Of a DNA stretch of 64,000 nucleotides, positions 12,530 to 29,381 are shown one piece after another. The position numbers were made by a program, and so were the translations under genes. The DNA comes from the human T2T-CHM13v2.0 reference genome, Homo sapiens: NCBI RefSeq assembly GCF_009914755.1, contig NC_060928.1; one strand, given 5' to 3'. Numbering within the stretch: the stretch's first letter is position 1; each line of letters opens with the position of its first letter. The notes below the pieces were generated by a model. That model searched no databases, was not told the DNA's origin, and saw only the letters and a list, made by a program, of their open reading frames with translations.

Positions 12530-15166
12530 AATGACAGACTAGGAAGTAACTGATTCATATTCCCCTGTAGCAACAAGAATTCTGAACCCATCCACAGAAA
12601 AAAATACTTGGGATTCAGGTAGAAGTTTATAAAACTCCGTGGGGCCCAAGACATAGTTGGGTCATTTCAAGTGTGCAGGTTGGCACCCAAGTGGCTGATC
12701 TGCTGATTCTACTTTTGGTTCAAGCCTAGGAACTGCCTCACCCCTAAGAGCTTTGAGCCTGTAGCCAAAATCATCTTTCAAGGGTTTTAGGAGAAATCAC
12801 ACACATTAGTACATTGGTGAAGAGGCTCATCTGTCTGCTGACATTTATCTTGACAGTAAACCTGAAAGTTGCCCTGTGGCTAGGTTCCTGCTCCCCTCAG
12901 CTGAAATCCTGGCTCAGAACTCTAAACAAAAAGACACAAAAGGAGACTAACTCATTTCTTTCAGTCCAAGTGTCTAAGCCTGCATAATGGGCTCACCAAC
13001 TGCCATTCCAAAGCAGATCCTGAGATGGCTCAGTCTCAGCTTTGGTCTTTTTTGCTGAAGCTGGTGAACATTCTGCCTGTACAGGGACCTGCTGAGAAAC
13101 ATGCCCATCTGAGTAACTGGAACAGTCTTCTAGGCTAAAGTCCCGGCCAACTTTCCCATACAGTTCCAATATTCTCGCAATGTCAAACTCAGAGTCTTTG
13201 TGAGACTCATGACAAGCCTAGATTTAGAGAATCCTGTATCAATGAGGTGGCTGCAGTGACCACAGAATCAGGAAATACAATAATAGTCAGTCGGCTTAGA
13301 ATCTCTGGAAGACTCTCTGAAGAAGGACGGGCACAAACAAAGCCAGGCATCAAAGATTAGAATAAATACCTTATTCCTCAATGGGCAGACATCATTGTAC
13401 ATTCACAAGTTTCAGAAACATTCAGGGAAATATGACCTCACCAAACAAAGGTGATAGAGATGCACACAAAAGTAATGACAATGTGTGAATTTCTCAAAGT
13501 ACTTAAAATACCCTTTTTAAGAAAACTCAAGAAACCACAAGAAAACATATATAGGGTTAATTCAGAAATTTATCTGAGAAATTTAACAGAAAAAAATTGA
13601 AATAATTAAAAAGAAATAAAACTCAAATTCTGGAGCTGAAAAATACAAAGAACCAAATGAAATATGCAATATAAAACATCAACAGTAGAAATGATCAATC
13701 AGAAGAATCAGTACACCTGAAGGTAGGCTACTTGAAAATACATTATTAGTAGAGAAAAGGCTAAAAATAATGAAGAATTCTAATGAGATATATGGAACAA
13801 AATCAAAAGATCAAATATTTGGGTTATTGAAATTAAAGGAAGAATAGGGAAAGACAAAAGGTTAGAAGCTTATTCAAAGAGATAATAATAGAAAACTTTC
13901 CAAAGCAGAAAAAAGATATAAATATTCAGGCATAATAAGGTTAAATGTCATCAAGCAGGTTCAACTCAAATAACAGTACCCCAGGACATACAATAATCAA
14001 ACTGTCAAATGTCAGAAACAAAGAGCCTCTTGAGATAAGTGAGAGAAAAGAAGCAAATATGAGGAATTTCTAATACACCTCAGCGGAAACTTTATAGGCC
14101 AGGAGGGAGTAGGATGATGTATTTGGAGTGCTGAAGGGAAAAATATAAAAGTCTGTCAAATGAGAATACTGTGTCCAGCAAAATTATCTTTCAGAAATGA
14201 AAGATGGATAAAAACTTTTAAAAACAAAAGCTTAGAAAATTTATTGCTACCAGATATTTCCTACATGTAATGATAAAGAATGTTCTTCAAACTGAAAGAA
14301 AAAGATGCTAAAATGATTGTTATTCTAATACTGAAATCATGGTGCAAGCATTCTAATACTGAAAAACTACAAATATTATCAGTATGAAGACAAAAAGTTC
14401 AAACTAATAAAAAATAAAAATAACTATGGTAATTTGTTAAGAAATAGGCTATGTAAAATTACAAATTGTGATATTAAAATTTCCTAACGTAGGGGGAGAA
14501 TAAACAAAGTGTACAGCTTTTTGCTTGTTTATTTTCTTTCCTTTGAGATTAAAGTTAAGTTGTTATCAGTTTATACAAATATCAATTTATACAAGGAAAA
14601 GTCTGTACAAATACAAAAGCTTGTTATAATTGTAGAACACATTTTGTAAGTCTCACTGTAACCACAAAGCAAAACCTAGAGTGTATGCAGTAAACATAAA
14701 AAGCAAAGAATAAAAACATACTACTAGAGAAAAATTAGTTAACCACAAATGAAGACTAAGAAAAAAAGAAAAAGAGGATCTGTAAAGCAACAAGAAAACA
14801 AGTAACAAAATGGCAGTAGTAAGCCCTTAACTATCAATAATTACCATAACTGTAAATTGATTAAGATCTTCAATTAAAAGATTGAATGGAAAAAAAAAAC
14901 AAGACCTAACTATAAGCTACCTGCAAAAAATTCACTCATTCTGTAAACAGACTGAAAGTGAAAAGCAAGATATACAAAAATCCTTGAAAATTGAAATAAA
15001 AAAGAACTGTGGTCTCTATATGTATATCAAATAATATAAACATTAAGCCAAAAAATGTAAAAAAGAGAAGCGGCCATTATTTAAAAATTAAGGGGTAATA
15101 AAAAGAGTTTAACAATTATAAATAAATGTGTGAGAGATAAGAGTACCTGAATGTATAAAGCAAACA
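12530..15166 (+). mobile_element. L1MA-type LINE-1: 5'UTR, ORF1, inter-ORF and start of ORF2 (degenerate)
   Basis: ORF1 motifs 'attctggagctgaaaaataca', 'ccaggagggagtaggatgat', 'ccagcaaaattatctttcagaaatgaaag'; ORF2 start 'aacaaaatggcagtagtaagcccttaactatcaataattacc'. Confidence 0.88.
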
Positions 15167-17700
<2,534 letters not shown>

Positions 17701-17702
17701 TG

Positions 17703-18900
17703 TTAAAAGTCCTAATGGAAGAAGTAGAGTGCAAATCAGTAAGAGTAGGGCACATCAACATTCCACTTTCAGCAATGGACAGATCATCCAGGCAGAAAAT
17801 AAAGAAAGGTCAGATCAGAGTTCAAGTGCACTCTTGACCTAATGGACAACAGGCATTTACAGAACGTTAGATCTAACAGCTGCAGATTACACATACTTCT
17901 CATCAGTACATGGAACATTCTCTAGGATAGATCATTTGTTAGGCCACAAAACAAATCTTAACAAATTTTAAAATAACAAAATTATTACAATGTAATAAAA
18001 CTAGAAATCAATAAAAGGAGAACTTTGGACACCTTGAAAATACATTGAAGTTAAACAATATGCTCTTGTACAACAAATGGAACAATTACTATTTAAAAAA
18101 AAACCTTAAAACTTAAAAATTTATTGAAATAAGCAAAAGCAAAAGCTCAACATACCAAAGTCTTGGGATATATAAAAGAAATTCCATGAGGAAAGTTTAT
18201 AACAATGAATACCACATCAAAAGATTAAAACTACTTCCAATAAATGACTTAATGCTGCACTCAAGAACCTAGATAAACAACAGATCAAACCCAAAATTAG
18301 TAGAAGGAAAGACATGCTAAGGATCAGAGCAGAAATAAAATAGACTAAAAAAATAAAAAGATCAACAAAGCGAAGGGTTATTTTGAAAAAAAATGCACAA
18401 GATAAACAAACCTCGACTAACAAAAAGGAGAGAAGTAAAACAATAGATAAAACTAGAAATGAAAAAAAGACACCACTTTGCTGCTACAGAAATACAAAGA
18501 ATCCTTTGAGATTATTATGAGCGACTGTACAACAATGAATTGGAAAACAGAATAAATAAATTTCTGAATCATACAACAAATGCTGAAGAGGATATAAACA
18601 AAGTGGAACTCATACACTGTTGGTAAGAATATAAATTAGTAGAGCCATTATAAACTACATTATTGAGGTTCCTCAAAAATTATAAATAGAACTATCATAT
18701 GATCCAACAATTCCACTACTGGGTATCTATCCAAAATAAATGAAATCAGCATGTTGAAAAGATTTCTGCAATTTAACATCTACTGCAGCATTCTTCACAG
18801 TAGCCAAGATACAGAATCAAGCTCAGCGTCTATCAACAAATGAATGCCTAAAGAAAATGTGGTATATTTACACTATGGAATACTATTCAGGCATAAAATG
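17703..18900 (+). mobile_element. Continuation of the same L1MA: ORF2 endonuclease region joined to the 3' end by an internal deletion
   Basis: 'ttccactttcagcaatggacagatcatccaggcagaaaat', 'catggaacattctctaggatagatcat'; jumps at ~18575 to 3'-end motifs 'gaactatcatatgatccaacaattccactactgggtat'. Confidence 0.88.
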
Positions 18901-18959
18901 AAAACTTACAGAGATGGCTCTTATTTGTGACATAATGAGTTTAAATAAGATTAGAAAGC

Positions 18960-19110
18960 ATACACTGCTATTCGATTTCTACTATTAATTTGCCATACAG
19001 TCCTGGAAAATTCAACTAATCTCTATGAGTCTTAGTTTTCTGTCTTATAAATAGCTGCAGCATTACTTTTTTGAACCTAATGGAATAAATGCAATAAATA
19101 ATGTAAAAGT
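18960..19110 (+). mobile_element. MIR fragment
   Basis: Core-like 'aactaatctctatgagtcttagttttctgtcttataaat'. Confidence 0.5.
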
Positions 19111-19288
19111 ACCTTTTAAAACAGCCTATTTTCTAATTTTAATAACAATAATTGTATAATTGCTCATAACTATGAATAATATTATTTGATCTTTTGCACT
19201 GGGTTTCCTTTTTCTTCCCCCTCTTTCTCAGTTATGTACCTAGCACTTAATCATCAAAAAAGCAAGTAAGCTCCAAGTGGAGCTTTGG

Positions 19289-19815
<527 letters not shown>

Positions 19816-19990
19816 CTATGCTATTTTGAGAATTCTGCCAGATTCTGGTAGTTACTTTTTTTTGAGAACTTCATTAATTTACTTGGATAAAACAATATTT
19901 ATTTTTCAAAATCTGGTGCCGACAGAAACCTCATGATCCAGATTTAAGTGAATGATAACACTGTTGATGATAATAGAAATAACTACAATT

Positions 19991-20292
19991 GGCCAGGCAT
20001 GGTTGCTCATGCCTATAATCTCAGTGCTTTAGAAGGCCAAGGATGAAGGACTGCTTGAGCCCAGGAGTTTGAGACCTGTCTGGGCAACATAGCAACATCC
20101 TGGTTCTACAAAAAATAAAAAGAAACCAGTTGGGCATGGTGACATACACCTGTGATCTCAACTATTCAGGAAACAGAGGTAGGAGAATTGCATTAGCCTG
20201 GGAGTTTGAGGCTGCAATGAGCTATGATTGTGGCACCACATTCCAGTGTGGGCAACAGAGTGAGACCCTCTTTCTAAAAAAATCAAAATAAA
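19991..20292 (+). mobile_element. AluJ
   Basis: 'gaaggactgcttgagcccaggagtttgag', 'gaggctgcaatgagctatgatt'; TSD aaataactacaatt / aaatgacaacaatt. Confidence 0.92.
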
Positions 20293-20344
20293 AAATGACA
20301 ACAATTTTCTGAACAGTTAGGATGAGACCGTCTTTATATTGTGA

Positions 20345-20500
20345 TCTTTCAATTTTCAGCCCGTTAAAAGACAAAATACTGAGGCTCAGAAAGATTAGTA
20401 AATGTAGAAAAAAGCACAGCCTGCAAGTGACAGACACTATTTAAATGACAGTTATCTTAACTCCAAAATTTATACTATTTCCACTCCATCATACATCATA
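20345..20500 (-). mobile_element. MIR fragment
   Basis: 'aaatactgaggctcagaaagattagtaa' antisense MIR core. Confidence 0.5.
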
Positions 20501-21045
20501 CTTCCTTAACCTCCATTCTTGTAAATGAATAGAATTAAAAAACATAAAAATGATGTTATACAATATAAGATTTATAGTTGGTATTAATGCAATCACTTTT
20601 AATCTGTGGAAAAATCATTGTATCTTATAAAGATAAAATAAAATTTGTCAATCTTGAGTACACAACTATGATAGATAATAAATTATACACACAAATATTG
20701 TTTCATTACCAAAAGCAAATTTACGACTTGCACCTTCCAATTTTCTTAAGACGTTCAAATCTGCATGTGATCAGTAGGGACCCTCCTAATCTAAATTGTC
20801 ATTTTTCTCTCTTGGGTGGCTTCATGGGTCTCCTATTGATCTCAATGTTTCCTTTCCTGCTACCTCATTCCTTTTTCCACATATTCAGTTTCAGAGAATA
20901 CAATAAATTAATGGAAGAGCAGCAGAGTTATATTTTATATACTAAATCAACTCACATCAACTCCTCATGGAAAACATTCATACCTTGATCTACAGTCAGT
21001 GTAGCAGTTTGGCCTGGTATGCCTAGGACAGTTTTGGTTTACACT

Positions 21046-21135
21046 ATTTCACATTGCATGCCTGTATCAAAACATCTCATGTATTCCATAAATATATACA
21101 GCTACTATGTACCCACAAATATTTAAAACAGAAAA
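21046..21135 (+). mobile_element. Short L1 3' terminus (L1PB/L1MA type)
   Basis: 'cacattgcatgcctgtatcaaaacatctcatgtattccataaatatatacagctactatgtacccaca' followed by an A-rich tail. Confidence 0.85.
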
Positions 21136-21249
21136 AATACTTGTTTGTTGATTTACGTAGACAACCCATCCCCAAGCCCACATGTGAACTGACCCTGCCT
21201 TGCTCCCATCTTAATGTTTACCATTTTCTCCTGTGCTGTCATATCTGCC

Positions 21250-21620
21250 ACACTGTTGATGTCTCTGGAACACATCGGGCTAAATTTGCTCTCATCATTA
21301 CATTTCTAGGATAGTTCTTCCTTATATTTTATAATGACTTTCTTCTTCCAATCATCATGTCTCTGTTAAAATAAAACCTCCAAAGCAGACTCTTCTTGGC
21401 AATCATTTTTAAAATTGCTCTCATCCTGAACATTTGTTGGTTTCCTATTTTCCTTTATTTCTTCTGGCATTTATTAAAAAATGAGTTTTATTTTTATTCT
21501 TACTAGCTGTTTTTCAGCTTCCCTCATTATAACATACGCAAATTTATGAGGGAAAGTATTTTCTTTCTTACTCATTAATGTGTCTCAAGAACTGATATAT
21601 ATAGAAGGAGCCAGTCAAAC
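21250..21620 (+). mobile_element. L2 3' fragment
   Basis: Degenerate L2 3'-end pattern '...aaatttatgagggaaagtattttctttcttactcattaatgtgtctcaagaac'. Confidence 0.5.
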
Positions 21621-22249
21621 TAGTTTTAAACATGTGTATAATAAAGGATTTAGCAAAAAACAGTAAATTCTAGATTTATTCTGCTGGCTAAATAATCAAA
21701 AAGCATTTCAGATTTACATTGCTAAAATTACTTCTGAGTCTTTAATTTTCTTTAACAATAGAAAGTCTTTTATAACACCTTCCAGTTTTTCATTTTCATT
21801 TTGTTTTATAGAATCATTTCTTAATGCCATAGTTATTAACAAATATCATTTAAATATTATTTTTCTTGGCTTATAAAGGTCTTTATCTTACAAGGCTTAG
21901 TAAATCTAAAAATATACTATTATTCCTATATGGTTAGGTCACTCACAATACCATAATGTGATAATTATGCAATATTCTTGTAAGATTTTAAAAGGTAAAT
22001 AGTAAAATTTTTCCCAAATATCTATAAAATATTTATTCTTAATTTAATGTGTAAAATATTTCAAGTTGGTCTTTATAACAAATTTATACATCTTTGGAAT
22101 TACATGGTGTTTCTTTGTTTGGCAATAGTGAAAATTAAATGCTTTTGAGTAAACCCCCCACAGTAAAATACCTAAAATTGCTGCATAAAGTATAACAAAC
22201 ATCATTTTCATTGATTGGTTAGAAGTAAAACTCACAAAGCCTTAGAAGA

Positions 22250-25200
22250 ACAACACATAAAAACTAGAATGGATGATTAAGACAGGCACCTGAAGCTGCC
22301 CTGATGATACTGGCTGATAGCAAGACACAGAGCCTTAAAATTTAAAGCTGCTTGGAGACACGAGCCTTTGTGTTAGCTTACAAGTTGAGGAGGGCGAAAT
22401 GGAACTTAAATCCTTGCATGTTGCAGGATTCCTTGAAGAAACACCCTTAGCAACGAGTAGGCTGGAAGATATCTGTTTGCAAGGAAATGGCGAAAATAAG
22501 CTAAGTGTAAATTTCATAATTGTTTCTAGATTGGAAAGAAAAGTCCCTACTGAGAACTTGGAATCAGGGTATGGTCATTATATTCATGGATTTATGGTTT
22601 CAAATTGCAATACTTGCAGAGGCCAGGAAACCACAAACTCAGAAATGAATAGCAAGAGGTTCAGTTATTTTAGCATCCTGGGACACCTGGAAAATGCAAA
22701 GTAAAATCAACTGTCCAACTACAGGCCCTTAAACAGGACTACAAAAGATTATGCATCAGACATATGAAAATTTCTCAAAATTTAATATTTTGGAAACATG
22801 ACATAAAAATTTACGTAGCAGAATTAGAATTTCCAGGACATTTAATGTTAGAATTTTCAGTACAAAATACAAAATAAAGCAAGCATAGATATGATAATAA
22901 TAATAATTTGGCAAAAGTAAATGAAGAAAAACCATCATTGTATTAGCACCAAAGTGAACAAAAATGCAGTAGTGTATATAAGATTTGAACTGTAGAATTA
23001 AGCAGCCTTATGTACAGACATAATGTAGAACTCTCATATACAAATTACCTAAAATACACTCTTCCCAGTGTTGTATGGAACAATATAAAAACCATATATT
23101 CATCCATAAAGAAACTCTCAGTAATTTTCAATGTCAGCATTATACTTACTGTAGGTTCTTAATATCGCTAAAAAAATAATTCACAACCTTATAGTCAATA
23201 TAAAGCAAATTATTAGGACAAAGTAATTTGCTAACTTTTATAGAACAAATATATTTTTAATATTTCTATATGTAATTATGTGTATGTATTTGACTCAGTA
23301 AAAGTATAAATATAGTAATCTTATTACCATGATCATATTTGATTAAGTTCTGTAAGATCTACCTAACATATACCAGACCCAGAGATTTTTATATAATTTC
23401 CAACAGATATTCATAAACAGATAATTCTACTAATAACATACTATCTCACGGAACATCATAAGAGGAAAAACTAGAAAGACTCCACTTCCCAATGGTACTT
23501 ATGGAATAATATACCTTGTTATGAAAAATCAATTAAGGGTATTAAATAAAGTTAATCACCAACCAACCTTTCTTATGAACATAAGTGCAACAAATGGTGT
23601 TTGTTTTATAGATGGTTGTGTGTCATTTAATGATAGAGATACATTCTGAGAAATACATCCTTAGCCAATTTTATCATTGTGTGAATATCATAGACTGTAT
23701 TTGCACACACCTGGATTGTATAGCCTACTACACACTTAGGATGTATGGTGCAACCTATTGCTCCTAGGCTATAAACCTGTAGAGCTTGTTATTATACTGA
23801 ATACTGTAAGCAATTGTAACAAGTATTTGTGCATCTAAACTTATCTAAACATAGAAAAGGATACAGTGAAAATGTTATTTAAAATTAGGAATACACTCTT
23901 AAATGAAAAAAGTTATAAATGTTTATTGAAAGACATCAATGCAAACCTAAATGTTTACAGCTTTTCAGCAATAGTATGTTCATGTGTGAAACTAATCTAT
24001 TTTAAATACTGCAAACACTTCTATTCGACCCAAATTATAAAATAATTTATAAACCTAGGCAATTCTAATCAAAATAATAATGATTTATTTAACATTTGAG
24101 AAGTTAATTTATGTATTTATAAGAGCAACTGACAAGGATAGACAAACTGCAAGAAAACAAACAATGATGCTTGTGGAAAAAAAGAGAAAAAGATACTTTA
24201 AGAGCTACAGTAATAAAAGGTATGTGCTGTTGGTTGTGCTAATAAACAGATCAACACAATAGAAAAGAGGGCTCACATACCAATTCCTAAACACAGACTT
24301 AAGATTCAATTGAAATTACCTTGCACTATAATGGGTAAGGGATAACTAGTCACTACATCAGTTAGAAATGTTTAGTTGTCTACTAAAATTATACAAATTC
24401 CTACCTCCTACCATGCACAAGTAGCAGTTTCCAATAAATATATGCTTAATGTATAAAGCACAATTAAAAAATACAAATAACTTACAAGGGAGCATCTTAA
24501 TAAAATGTATTACCAGTAAAGAAAAAGAACTTTTACAAATAAACTGGTAAAACATGATAGAAAAACTGGCTATAACAAAGCTATATACAGAAAAAGTAAA
24601 CCGAATCATCAATTAGTATATGAAATGAATCAGCTCATGTAAGGAAAGTGGAAACTGAAATACAGAGATAAAAGCTCACACTCAAAATATGGGCAACACT
24701 TTGAAAATCTGAAATTTGAAGATCTAAAATGTGGTGCTGCTTGTACTGTAATGGGAAAGCCTCTAAACTGCTGATGCAAATATAATTTAGTATAACCCCC
24801 TATGAATACTGTTGGACAAGATCTACTGGATGTGAAAATGCCTTTTACTTAATTACCAGAAATTTTTTACTCTTAAGTGTTACACTAGTGAAATTTTCAC
24901 AGCTGTACAACACAGGAATGGATATAACACAATAGTAAAGATTAAATGGAACAGAGCCAGACATATCCACATGGGTATAACTAACAAACCAATTTTGAGA
25001 GGGGAAAAAATGTAATTTCCAGAAAAATTCAGAGATCATTGTACCAGCTAAAGTTTTAAACATGCAGAAGAACAATCTATTCTTTAGGGATATATTTTAC
25101 AAAAATATACAGAAACGTGTTGAAAGTATAACTTTAAATATGGTGATTTTCCTTTGATGGAAGAAGCAATAAGAATTCTGAATTGGGAAGAGGAAATAGA

Positions 25201-25280
25201 CATCTGAATATTTAGGTTTAGTAGTGCATATGTGAATATTTGACATATATAGGATGCAAAATAATAAATTTACTAAATAA
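22250..25280 (+). mobile_element. Highly diverged old L1 (L1M/L1ME/HAL1-like) fragments
   Basis: A-rich sense strand with 'catccataaagaaactctcagtaattttc', 'taccagacccagagattttt', 'gtttattgaaagacatcaatgcaaacctaaat', 'aaacagatcaacacaatagaa'. Confidence 0.6.
23613..23880 (+). mobile_element. Tigger3a (MER7A)-like, 3'-truncated
   Basis: 'gatacattctgagaaatacatccttag...tatagcctactacacacttagg...ctattgctcctaggctataaacctgt...atctaaacatagaaaagg'. Confidence 0.85.
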
Positions 25281-26749
25281 TGACAAATACAATTGTGAGC
25301 TGACATCTTAATTTTCTTTCTTAGTAAAAATAACTCCACCATCAAACCACCTGATTTTCACTCGGGGAAGCAACCTTCCTCTATTCTTTTTCCAAGGTGT
25401 GTCACTGCCTGGACCTGGACTTATTACATCATCTTAAAGCAGGTTGTACCTTGACCTTTGCTCAAGCAAAGATAATCATTAAGAACTGACATCATAGCAT
25501 TTCAAATACTTGGCACTTAGCATAGCACACAAAATATTAGATACGCTTATTATTAATTTTAATGTTTTAATAACTGGTAGAGCAAATAATCCTTAAAACC
25601 AATTTCCCTTTCTTTTTCATAATTTTCTTACCTTTTCTTGAATATTTTTCTTATAAGCTTCTCACAAACTTTAGAATCTGCTTTTATAGTTCTAAAAGAC
25701 CATGTCCTGTATTGTAATCTGTTGAAATTCATTTGATTAATAATGGAAGAATGAATGGAATAACGAAATGTTTATGATATTACAAAGTGACATGGCATGC
25801 TTGTGTGTTTCTGTTCTATCTCTCTCCCCTTACTGTGATCCAAAAGGTGCTCATGAGAAACTTCTGCTTCCACCCTACGTGCTGAAAACCTGCTGTTTGA
25901 AACAAGTATTTGAAGACAAGACTCTCTTCCATTTCTCTGATAGCTGAGCAATCAGATATCTCTTTAGATATCTTTTTTACAACTCTGCTTATTCTTCCTT
26001 GCACTTGGCAGCTTGTCCTTGTGAACTGAGAAGAAAAAGAATAGAGACCTCTCTTCATTCTGTTATTTTAAACTTAAAATTATCTTACTACTTCTTGCAA
26101 CCTCACACACTGTAATATTATTTAATAATTACAGAGAAGTAATAGACAGAATGTATTCCAAAGTGGGGAAATAATAAATACCAAATCACAAATAGTTTCT
26201 TCTGGACCTAACGGAGAAAGTTTAATGCTACTAGAGTATGTATGGATATAGTGGTGATAGTGGGATCCGATGAAATACCATCTTGCTCTTCTTCATCTCC
26301 AGCATAATCAATGATGTTATTCCAAAGATTAGTGAGCACTATTCAATCAGAATGAATCCAAGCTGGCCTAATCCTAGAGCATGAGAATAAAGTGATTGTA
26401 TTGGGCAGAAATATGTGAAAGTTGGAGCATCCTTTGAGAGGGTTTGGGGTATGAAGGGCACTCTTGGGTGGTAGGATTTGAGGACTTATTCAGGGACTAT
26501 TTCTCCTCTACTAAAGTATTTCAATAATGTATCAACCACCATAGCTATACCAATGCCTACTGGATAAATATAAATCAGACTGTGAAATGACTAAGATTCT
26601 CTGTTTCCAGATTTCTAAGGTCTTTAATTATTTTATTAACATTTCATAAATTTACAGTTAATTTTGGGAAAAGAAAATGCACATTCATAGATTTCTGCAT
26701 GGGAAAGGACACTTTAAATTAGCATTCTAAATTACATTTAGTTATGCAC

Positions 26750-27126
26750 TGATATGGTTAGGCTTTGTGTCCCAACCCAAATCTCATCTCAAATTATAAC
26801 CCCCATCATTTCCACATGTCAAGGGAGAGACGCGGTGGAGATAAGTGAATCATGGGGGTGGTTTCCCGCATGCTGTTCTCATGATAATGAGTGACTTCTA
26901 AGAAGGTCTGATGGTTTAAGGGGCTCTTCCCCTTTTGCTTGGCACTTCTCCCTTCTGCCACTTTGAGAAGAAGGTGTCTTGCTTCCCCTTTGCCTGCTGT
27001 GATAATTGTACATTTTCTGAGGCCTCCCCAGCCATGCTCAACTGTGAGTCAATTAAACCTTTTTCCTCTCTAAATTACCCAGGTATCAGGCAGTTATTTA
27101 TAGCAGTATGCAAACAAACTAATACA
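26750..27126 (+). mobile_element. THE1D 5' LTR
   Basis: tgatatggttaggctttgtgtccc...aactgtgagtcaattaaacct...actaataca. Confidence 0.9.
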
Positions 27127-28745
27127 GTAAATTAGTATGACAGATACTAATCTTTATAGGGTGCTTCTATCAAGATACCCAAAAATGTGGAGGTAACTTT
27201 GAAACTGGGTAACAAGCAGAGATTGGAACAGTTTGGAGGGCTCAGAACAAGAAAAGAAAATGTGTGAAAGTTTGGAACTTCCTGGAGACTTCTTAACTGG
27301 CTTTGACCAAAATGCTGATAGTGATATGGACAATAAAGTCCAGGCTGAGGTGGTCTCAGATGGAGATGAGGAATCTGTTGGGAACTGGAGCAACACTGAC
27401 TCTTGCTGTGTATTTGCAAAAATACTGGTGGCTTTCTGCCCCTGCCCTAGAGTTCTGTGAAACTTTGAATGTGAGAGAAATGATTAGGGTATCTGGTGGA
27501 AGAAATTTCTAAGCAGCAAAGCATTCAAGAGGTGACTTGGGTACTCTTAAAAGCAATCAGTTTTATGCATTCACCAAGATACAGTTTTGCAATCGGAACT
27601 TAAGTTTCAAAGGGAAACAGAGCATTAAAGTTTGGAAAATTTGGTCTGACAATGTGACAGCAAAGAAAAACCCATTTCCTGAGGAGAAATTCAAGCCTGC
27701 TGCAGAAATTTGCAGACGTAACAAGGAGCCAAATGTTAATTATCAAGACAATGTGAAAAATGTCTCCAGGGACTGTCGAAAGTCTTCACAGCAGCTCCTC
27801 CCATCACAGGCCCAGAGGCCTAGGAGTTAAAAATGGTTTTGTGGATGACAGCTGGGGCCTTGGAGCTTTGGGCAGTCCCGGGACTTGGAGCCCTGCATCC
27901 CAGCCATTTCTTAAATGGGCCAAGGTACAGCTCGGTCCATTGGTTCAGAGGGTGCAAGCCCCAAGCCTTAGCAGCTTACATATGGTGTTGGGCCTGTGAG
28001 TGTGCAAAAGTCAAGAACTGAGTTTTGAGAACCTTCATCTCCATTTCAGAGGATGTGTGAAAATGCCTGGATGTCCAGGCAGTAGTTTGCTGCAGAGGTG
28101 GAGCCCTCATGGAGAACCTTTACTAAGGCAGTGCAGAAGGGAAATGTGGTATAGGAGCCCCCACATAGAGTTTCCACTAATGCACTGCCTAAAGGAACTG
28201 TGAGAAAAGATCCACCATCCTCCACACCCCAGAATGGTAGAGCCACTGACAGCTTGAACTGTGCACCTGGAAAAGCTGCAGACACTCAAAGCCAGCATGT
28301 GAAAGCAGCCAGGTGGGGAGCTGTACCCTGCAAAGCCACAGGGGTGCAGCTTCCCAAGAGCATGGCATCCCACCTTTGCATCAGTGTGACCTGGATGTGA
28401 GATATGAATTCAAAGAAGATCATTTTGGAGCTTTGAGACTTGACTGTCCCACTGGTTTTCAGACTTGCCTGGGGCCTGTAGCTCCTTCTTTTGGCCAAAT
28501 TCTCCCATTTGGAACAGGTGTATTTACCCAATGCCTGTACCTCCATTATATATAGGAACTAAATAACTTGCTTATGACTTTTCAGGCTCATAGGTGTAAG
28601 GGACTTGCCTTGTCTCAGATGAGACTTTGGACTTAGACTTTTGAGTTAATGCTGGAATGAATTAAGATTTTGGGGAACCTTTGGGAAGACATGATTGTGT
28701 TTTGAAATGTGAGGACATGAGATTTGGGAGGGGCCATGTGTGGAA
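27127..28745 (+). mobile_element. THE1D-int (MaLR internal, degenerate ORF)
   Basis: MaLR ORF peptides EGSEQEKKMCESLELPGDFLTGFDQNADSDMDNKVQAEVVSDGDEESVGNWS; ends gagatttgggaggggcc...tggaa. Confidence 0.92.
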
Positions 28746-28984
28746 TGATATGGTTAGGCCTTGTGTCCCCACCCAAATCTCATCCTAGATTATAATCACC
28801 ATAACCCCTACATCTCAAGGGAGAGACCAGGTGGGGGTAATTGCATGATGGGGCGGGTTTCCTCCATGCTTTTCTCATGATAGTGAGTGAGTTCTCTCAA
28901 GATTTGATGGTGTTATAAGGGGCTCTTCTCCATTCTCTCAGCATTTCTCCTTCCTTTTTTCTTGTGAAGAAGGTACCTTGTTTC
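28746..28984 (+). mobile_element. THE1D 3' LTR, truncated
   Basis: Repeats the 5' LTR start (tgatatggttaggcc...) but homology stops after 'gaagaaggtaccttgtttc'. Confidence 0.88.
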
Positions 28985-29086
28985 TATAATATGTAATAGG
29001 CATGTAAGTAGTTTCAAAAGAAGACTTGCAAGTCTCAAGTACTATGAATTAAAAATATGCACCATACTCATTAAAATCTAATTTAT

Positions 29087-29381
<295 letters not shown>

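Noticed and set aside
20578-20988. 136-aa ORF in AT-rich DNA (also 32361-32744 and 34730-35125)
   Set aside because: Low-complexity F/I/L-rich composition, a non-ATG start or overlap with L2, and no recognisable domain.
26935-28555. Dense cluster of overlapping ORFs as a possible gene
   Set aside because: All lie within THE1D; they are broken MaLR ORF pieces or antisense frames.
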